From: Pelagomonas calceolata | Lineage: Eukaryota | Reading direction: 5' to 3' | NCBI GenBank assembly: GCA_918797485.1 | Contig: CAKKNE010000006.1 | Location: forward strand, 1,860,001-1,924,000 | Length of the DNA stretch: 64,000 nt | Shown here: positions 59,501-64,000 of the stretch, one piece after another | How positions within the stretch are numbered: position 1 is the stretch's first letter | Layout: every line of letters begins with the position of its first letter | Position numbers and translations under genes: made by a program | The notes under the pieces: generated by a model | What the model was told of the DNA's origin: nothing | The model's input: only the letters and a program-made list of their open reading frames with translations | The model's database searches: none

Positions 59501-60873
59501 TTAATCGAAATGCCATCGCTTTGAAATAAGCTGGTTATGATTGTTGCCCCTGTAGATCCCCCGCCTTCTTTCTCTGGTGTGAGCATGTGTGCGCCCAAAC
59601 GGTGCAGCCTAAACTTACACATTGACAATAATCTAAGAGCGCCTGACATATAAATCAGGAGTGGAGTTCCCAGTTGTGTCAGCCTGACAAGAAGTGCAAT
59701 ACATTCGAAACGAATTTGCCATCGATGCCCTTTAGCACTGGTGCCAAAGTGTGGTTCAAACACAATGAAGTAGTCCATTTCGCACTCTGGCCATCCAAGA
59801 TTTATCATATTTTGTGCTATAATACCATATTGGTCACGGACCGCCGGAGCGAAGTCGTGTTGGTAGCAAGAGTAGCCTAGACTTTGTTCCTCTTGCACAA
59901 TTGGGATCGACACAACGTACTCCCATTCCCGAAGCCAATCTGGAAGCCTGTGGCAGCTAGTCGGGCGACAGAGAGTCAGCGTGGCATCTGCGTTTATAGA
60001 AAGCTCAGCATATAGACCCACCTGTGCATTTAGAGCCACCTGTGCATTTACAGACCGGCTCACATGGCTTTTTGTCTGCAGCAAAACAGCACCATCTGCA
60101 TCAAGAGCGGATGTTGTACTATAAGCTATAAACTCTGTCGTTAAGAAGTCTTCTCCTTCAATAACATGGACCTGAAAGGGCACAATTTCAATAACTACGC
60201 GAACTGATGCGTTTGCATTCAAGCGAATCCAGGCTTCTTCGCGACAGAGCTTTCGGCGCTGTAGACCCCAGGGCATATCGTTTTCAAAGCAGCCGCTCTC
60301 ATCACAAACAGAGTGGTTGTACTCCACGGCGAGGCTTGAGCAGAAAGGAAGCCAAAAGGATCCGGCCCCTAGTAAATCATCGCCACCATCTAATAGTTCC
60401 AGGCCAGTGTCGTAGTCCAGCACCTGAAAGAGCACCAGTGCCTCACCTGAACGATGCCATCCCATAGACATTTTTTTGCCCAACCAGTGTTTGTTCTCGT
60501 TCCCAATTCGACCAGTTTCTCTGGTCGACCAAAAGCCGGGTATACCCACCTGAACGCGGACATAAGCATCACTCCATTTCGCAATGCCTGCATCAGGAGT
60601 TGCCTTACCATCCTGATCGTTTAGGTTTTGTGCTTCCACAATAGTCACAAATACATTCCCGCCAGCCGCCGACCCAGTTCTTCTTTGGGACTGGATTTCG
60701 CGGTCGGGACATTCCTGCGAGCATGGCGGGAAAGGAAAATGATTCTGATTCTTCAATTTGCCGTTGCAAGAGAACCCTACACATGGCGGATCGGTTGTCA
60801 ATTTCCGCGGCAGCCGTGTTGACATAGCCGCGCTGAAAATTGTTAAAGCTACAAGTACGTAAACTTTACGCAT
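53575..60873 (-). CDS. DEK1-like multi-pass membrane calpain (signal peptide, C2, TM region, CysPc, C2L/domain III), probably inactive
   Basis: 2432-aa intronless ORF. C2 (VTIVEAQNLND...SDAYVRV...LDYDTG), many hydrophobic segments, FIDPEFQP, WEAVVVDD, LLEKGVAKYYGSY, FWMSFDEF, NPQY. Confidence 0.85.
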   Translation of the reverse strand: MRKVYVLVALTIFSAAMSTRLPRKLTTDPPCVGFSCNGKLKNQNHFPFPPCSQECPDREIQSQRRTGSAAGGNVFVTIVEAQNLNDQDGKATPDAGIAKWSDAYVRVQVGIPGFWSTRETGRIGNENKHWLGKKMSMGWHRSGEALVLFQVLDYDTGLELLDGGDDLLGAGSFWLPFCSSLAVEYNHSVCDESGCFENDMPWGLQRRKLCREEAWIRLNANASVRVVIEIVPFQVHVIEGEDFLTTEFIAYSTTSALDADGAVLLQTKSHVSRSVNAQVALNAQVGLYAELSINADATLTLCRPTSCHRLPDWLREWEYVVSIPIVQEEQSLGYSCYQHDFAPAVRDQYGIIAQNMINLGWPECEMDYFIVFEPHFGTSAKGHRWQIRFECIALLVRLTQLGTPLLIYMSGALRLLSMCKFRLHRLGAHMLTPEKEGGGSTGATIITSLFQSDGISINNCEFRHNYYWATRCALNMLAVPWIVFWTCGIIITMTVRPPHLGLFIMFVGTAIQSLGFALALWKLERWRLTRAILSALVCSVTCTFGFLFVIVVFGPSLANDNAEQEIDFLSFATVFLALGLIPFTLEVMEFNADICRAKSDLVRALTNAATIIESKHPDGAKHDYWLMKECYSASSSSPYFDFVPDIAGHLCGFSNCLNSREMAAVRCALLRTASRLVLLMLVVGAFMLTTKGYLALVYALFFSLTDTISSNLDLDCARWSPSKTVHLMIASRAIVVLIDTRFWVLGISMVYCVYGISLLRNIVNKRLPYIDHLEACSMIFLATRNKMPKVVHPPSFDVASTPECALLVLTAALFVITSVAEYANPPGLSLPLLRFGDRAELPSRVIPIVVWLFVAFAGSIHGHVRAAYLDTQSLLMGGAAMAYVITPSFNLPKILASLAYLCLIAVGLLLWGATEAPAALAVFALGPLCVIISLRAFSIWLANDCEVVIWPPATEDVPEVDDSESKLAFEVLQAMMNKPQKGSGGVKTLRTLQMPHVVQVRNENQHAECSPTVQMPVLPPKSIIKQRAFSSRRLYSPPVDTLPQRRKVIETGLHACRVTKLKRSLSDDSHKRKESKSLPNLTLMEICTHCTGLICKSMTNETYAWQTADQVWFQVPLWEAVLTGCLLQDEYITVTCVVLVPLLVMVLGGLLSHIAYPPYVGHLLWTVNTFLFLTISPIIKWFKTYKAERNMIFASLVGYLLFAGTLGWAYKAWLDGRIDVVEAMWLIDTLVLYPVGLYNLYQVIAWVDHGCKDPGSIWGNPELNESHKRKSNSGNFCVSPIFRRLYLGLVQIANYLLVFFMLAQIYLWSSPAMALACCFTLLWFAGASYFICKWAENAFYLPPNLLRSSDIAIRSVCIVLILCVVVFTGSSSILILSVVFVLQLCKCIIKILDLVHLDTDRVYWFAPTLFPVYSYSAQNGILVDETRLTVRCVLFCGIGVCWTAALACFSQCISIGTTLFFFFISLFVSVSTNACSQVPLKMGVVASYPSSDIFVDAALATLRRHEEDICAEASKFEVRCDEWDGPEGQHEVNSQGHSNSKTTESEPISTGHSDFRSSAQAIAMRIDVAEFALRLVTLGDEQQAVWRADAIYTDRDALAETCASRGPFGCIGSAAWMFRGLELKILCNCLRDFDKEGQRVVAQDTVEMEAMQAIIQLIELDISFRNHFAGELKALAHFHFLVITANDAHLTHKQITFRKFVSESRFKLISNGILPPSKVLQAPDSTMLNMRLAASWLQSLSQDQRERFYLLQDNFTVEQIDHELKVDQQDREEIVAARALSQMRAYTEQENAAKSMSACLVRRSRRTSNWLESLRPEDQNRFVTVLQREWESNMHPAIETGDEPMRKSYELHVLLNNEETVGNCRERLAELEAGESDCYPSRARKGTLQFIDPEFQPSASTLGPCFGANFVGTWNHALSVNPHAVLFAEGGEPDDVRPGVCVNDNWLIAVLAMLSTVGVKNDADAGAQIKKLFINMIDLEGSIVYDSAVGAFGLQLFANGQWEAVVVDDALPMLGDGSGGSGIDALVALDAFGRERNSFQYPDCVDQNLKLDVAASLDAILLETYKERYKDCAGFAIAHVSEMAELWLSLLEKGVAKYYGSYGAIESGFVHQGLELFTGNRAECLHIAQASRGFGKRALWGNLLRSHQSDYILGAGAIPAEHAALSLHLSGLMFGATYTIYDIIDVFPERHKLIKLRNPAGHRDIFRGAWSHSSTLWTKRLRNKLFHGLEPHTFWMSFDEFCSVFRCIFICHYYSENALCWKRKCLSGEWSCGYPDNRENTAPGLPSRHNPCCEVERNPQYSVVIHRPTTLRVSVKQVHTKGHAAMLPVASYICRATRRDHRRVNRITKLEKNNLISSTGRARRERVIETCVDCLDRGVYVILVGAFQAEMEGHFTLSVISNNEVLIAQIWPPTWRSQNRQVTVEQKRSGHV

Positions 60874-61659
60874 GCTTAAACTAGGTTTAATATTAAATAC
60901 AGGCCCTTAAACACATGGTTGTTTCGTGTTTCAGCGCATGACGGTATACTTGGGTGGATACCGGTATGTGCATACTGCGGTAAATAAATAAAGGGCATAC
61001 TAGTAATTAATTAGAAATCGAGGACGGAGGAGGAGAGCTCCACATCACCCCGCTTAGCGGTCTTCGCCACCCCAGGCTTCCCAGGAGCGACACTCCGGCT
61101 ATGGCCCGGGCCCGGGGCGCGGCCCGGCCTATGAGTCTGGACTCGGATTACTCAGAATTATACACGCCGAGTCTACTTGTACCCACTCACTGAAAACAGT
61201 GCGGAATCACACAAGCAGTCTACGGTGCAGGCTTGCGCTCGTCAGGACAAGTCACGGTGAAGAAGTACCACGCCGCCGCGGCGGTCAAAGAAACCACCCG
61301 GGCGACAAAACTCCCGGACACTGATAATATAACTACTGGTAAGGTAGCCCGGGGCACGAAAGCAGTCTGAGGTACTCCCGTGGGCCGCTTCGGAGCCTCG
61401 TGCATCCGTACGAGCCTGCTGCTCCTCCACTGCGACACTGTCCGATTTCACCGTGACTGCCTTACTATTATTATTACACCCCAGACCCCGAGTCGTACTT
61501 TTACGGACATACGCGGGACTAGCCTGCTGAGTTTCTTTGACTTGAGTCGGAAGTTATGATCATGATACAAGAGCTAAGCTTTGGCAGCTTCCAAGAAGTA
61601 GGTAGATGCACATTGTCTCCAATTGACGACGACAGCCACGCAACGAACAGGGACTTGAG

Positions 61660-63234
61660 TCACCGCCCTTCTCGTTGACTAGTATTGCGGCTCACCAAGG
61701 TAGCAGGAGTTATGCCTGAGATATAAAGGGGCTTGATACCCGGGATTTTGTTAGGCCGATCTGTGTGATTCAATGAAGCTTCACACGAGACGCACTGCCC
61801 CAGAAAATTGAGAGGATGCTTTTTGGTAAATTCCAGAAGTGGCGCATGGGCTTGCTTAGGCTCCCTTGACACAATAGCAGCAGCATTGCTGTCGGAGGTG
61901 TTGCTTTTTTGCATTCTGTCTCCCAAGGCTGCATCAAGACTCTGTTTAAGGTCCCAAAACGAAGTTTTCTTGGCAAGTAAGTCGAGGATTTCAGCTCGCT
62001 TTGGACGGGTGTCTAGCTCATGCTTGAAATTCTTGATTTCATTGGCACTCATGATATCATCAACTTGCGAAGCAATCTGGGAACGAATTTGAGCTAGGTC
62101 ACCCCTGTCTGCCTTGATCGTGCGCATTTCATCCAGGCCGCGTCGCAACTGGGACGTTTCTCGGCGGACATCGTCGTCATCAGCTTCTGTGGCGTGTAAC
62201 GCCGATTGTAGGTACACTAATATCTCACCAAATCTGGCTTCCACCTTGACGTCCACATCTTCATAAGAAACTTTGTACTTGAGCTGGTTCAGGATATCTA
62301 CAAGCTGTTTTTCTGCTTCATCGATTGCGGCCAACATAGATGGTAAATGACACTCTGCATTTGCATCGATTTTTGCCTGAACTCCTTCTAGATGCAATGA
62401 ATGGGAGTGAACGATATTTTCAATTTCTATTGAGGCTTTACCACTGATGGCTATAGCATGATCTTGCAGCATCTTGCGCTGACGCTCAACATCGGCCTCG
62501 TGGATTTCTAATTGATCCCGGAAACTTGCTAGCAGGTGAGTCAACTGAGAGCCTCTGTCGTCTACGTTTCCAGTCAGATCAGCTTGTAGTTCCGTCGGTA
62601 GTGTCACGTTCTGCGCAGGAACCAACAAGTTCTCTTTTAGCTTGGCTACACGGGCTTGTAAATGTGATACAACTTCTTCAACAGTCCCCAAACGCATGTC
62701 CACCTTTGATAGGAATGTTTGGGTTCCTTCAAAACGTCTTGTAAACCGTGCGTCCATGTCATTTGCCAGCTTCTGAAGCGCGGTGATTTGCCCGTCTTGA
62801 CTGCACACTTTGTCCTCTAGATCCTTGAAAGTTGAAAGTCTGCCTTGCAACACTGAGATTTGATCTCTATTATCAATCAATTGCTGCCGTGTCCCAGCAA
62901 GCTCTTCGGATTGCTTCCTGGTGCTTCGCTCAACCGCAGCTAAGAATTCACGCAACTGTTTCATCTCGTGGCGGGCTGATTCAAGTAACTCGTCGTGTCG
63001 ATCAACAGTTTCCTGGATGGCACCTAGGATAGCGTTGTGTCCTCTAAGAGTCTCCAAAAGAGTCGTTTCTGCCACGTATGGCATGCTGTGCTTTGTTGCT
63101 CCTACCATGTCGACGTGCGAACTCTCGACGTCATGCTCCATTTGCCTAAAAAAACCCACAGGCATCGACTGGCGAATTGCATCGTCAAGAAGTGATGTTT
63201 CAAGGCTGACAGGTTCAAGGTTAACTGAGTTCAT
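61660..63234 (-). CDS. Coiled-coil hypothetical protein
   Basis: 524-aa ORF with heptad pattern and a C-terminal CVSC pair. Confidence 0.75.
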   Translation of the reverse strand: MNSVNLEPVSLETSLLDDAIRQSMPVGFFRQMEHDVESSHVDMVGATKHSMPYVAETTLLETLRGHNAILGAIQETVDRHDELLESARHEMKQLREFLAAVERSTRKQSEELAGTRQQLIDNRDQISVLQGRLSTFKDLEDKVCSQDGQITALQKLANDMDARFTRRFEGTQTFLSKVDMRLGTVEEVVSHLQARVAKLKENLLVPAQNVTLPTELQADLTGNVDDRGSQLTHLLASFRDQLEIHEADVERQRKMLQDHAIAISGKASIEIENIVHSHSLHLEGVQAKIDANAECHLPSMLAAIDEAEKQLVDILNQLKYKVSYEDVDVKVEARFGEILVYLQSALHATEADDDDVRRETSQLRRGLDEMRTIKADRGDLAQIRSQIASQVDDIMSANEIKNFKHELDTRPKRAEILDLLAKKTSFWDLKQSLDAALGDRMQKSNTSDSNAAAIVSREPKQAHAPLLEFTKKHPLNFLGQCVSCEASLNHTDRPNKIPGIKPLYISGITPATLVSRNTSQREGR

Positions 63235-63783
63235 CGCTTTGTCGATTGATAGGCGGCTTGAGACAACTAATACGAGGTATAATACTTAGCGCCTCTCTTC
63301 GTTGTACCGTAGGTACCCTACGGTAGGTACCTGGGGTACAAGTACCTACGGTACCCACGGTACCGTGCAGTACCTACTAGAGAGAGAAACCTACTAGCCT
63401 ATCCTACCCTAGATATGTATCTCCAACTCTCTAAATTTGAGTCTATACATTGAGTGTCTATCGACGCTACGGTGTAAACTTGAACCAATTTACTATAAAA
63501 CACTCTCGTAGTTCAACTTAGGTTGGCCCACTGGCAGCCTGAGCCTCTGGCTGCCAGTGGTGAGCTAGTATGCAATGGAAATACACGTCTAGTAGGATCC
63601 CAAGGTTCAACTGAGACGTATCCAAGCACAACCCGTACTTGTATTACCCGCCTAGGCTACTTCCCATCCTAGGGTACTCCGATATCCCCTTAGTAGGGGG
63701 AAGTCGCCTCTCACTCCTAACTATTATCATCCTGAGTCACTTTTATTGACGGACGCAATTCCCCGTCACAAACCCCATCAAAC

Positions 63784-64000
63784 ATGGGAGAACCTATTTC
63801 GTTAGACGACTACACTACGCTGCCGGGGACCCTAATTTCTCGGCGCGGAGGAGTCGTGGTCTATACTCGACAGGTATGTGCTTGGATCTGATGAGCTTGG
63901 TGCAATAAATGCACAATGCTGCTATGGTAGCTAGGTCTCTCGGGTGTCAATGTGACACGGGAGATGCCAACAGGAAGGACTCTCACTGACTCGGAGACGT
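63784..64000 (+). CDS. Possible 5' end of a spliced gene running off the window
   Basis: ATG 63784 is open to CAG|GTATGT (donor 63874), with acceptors near 63930 and an open frame to the window end. Confidence 0.35.

Overview
Eukaryotic nuclear DNA, most likely a stramenopile (pelagophyte-like; this is inference). It holds about 20 protein-coding genes, several with short introns (41-74 nt) that the ORF track splits or misses. Genes: DNAAF5/HEATR2 (3' end), a BRCT protein, CCT1, a NELF-B/COBRA1 with an internally inserted bromodomain, a beta-propeller-like protein, NME7, RPL26, a Dpy-30-motif protein, a very large EF-hand + EML6-like protein, cullin-3, FKBP12, an ArgA-type N-acetylglutamate synthase, a Cdc15/MAP3K-epsilon kinase, RPN2, a DEK1-like membrane pseudo-calpain and two coiled-coil proteins. 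Genes are only moderately GC-rich, while many spacers are very GC-rich. The spacers carry an 8-bp-TSD MITE (2 copies), a 1.9-kb element with 35-bp TIRs plus a rearranged relative, a 5'-truncated LINE, hairpins and an interstitial telomeric repeat. Most notable: (1) spacers are saturated with a small vocabulary of 7-8-nt words (TGCCAGTG, AACTTGAA, CTCAGGCT, GTCACGG, GTAC-type palindromes); (2) several GC-AG introns have non-consensus donors; (3) the NELF-B has an inserted bromodomain; (4) the TM calpain looks catalytically dead. No rRNA, tRNA or CRISPR array was seen.
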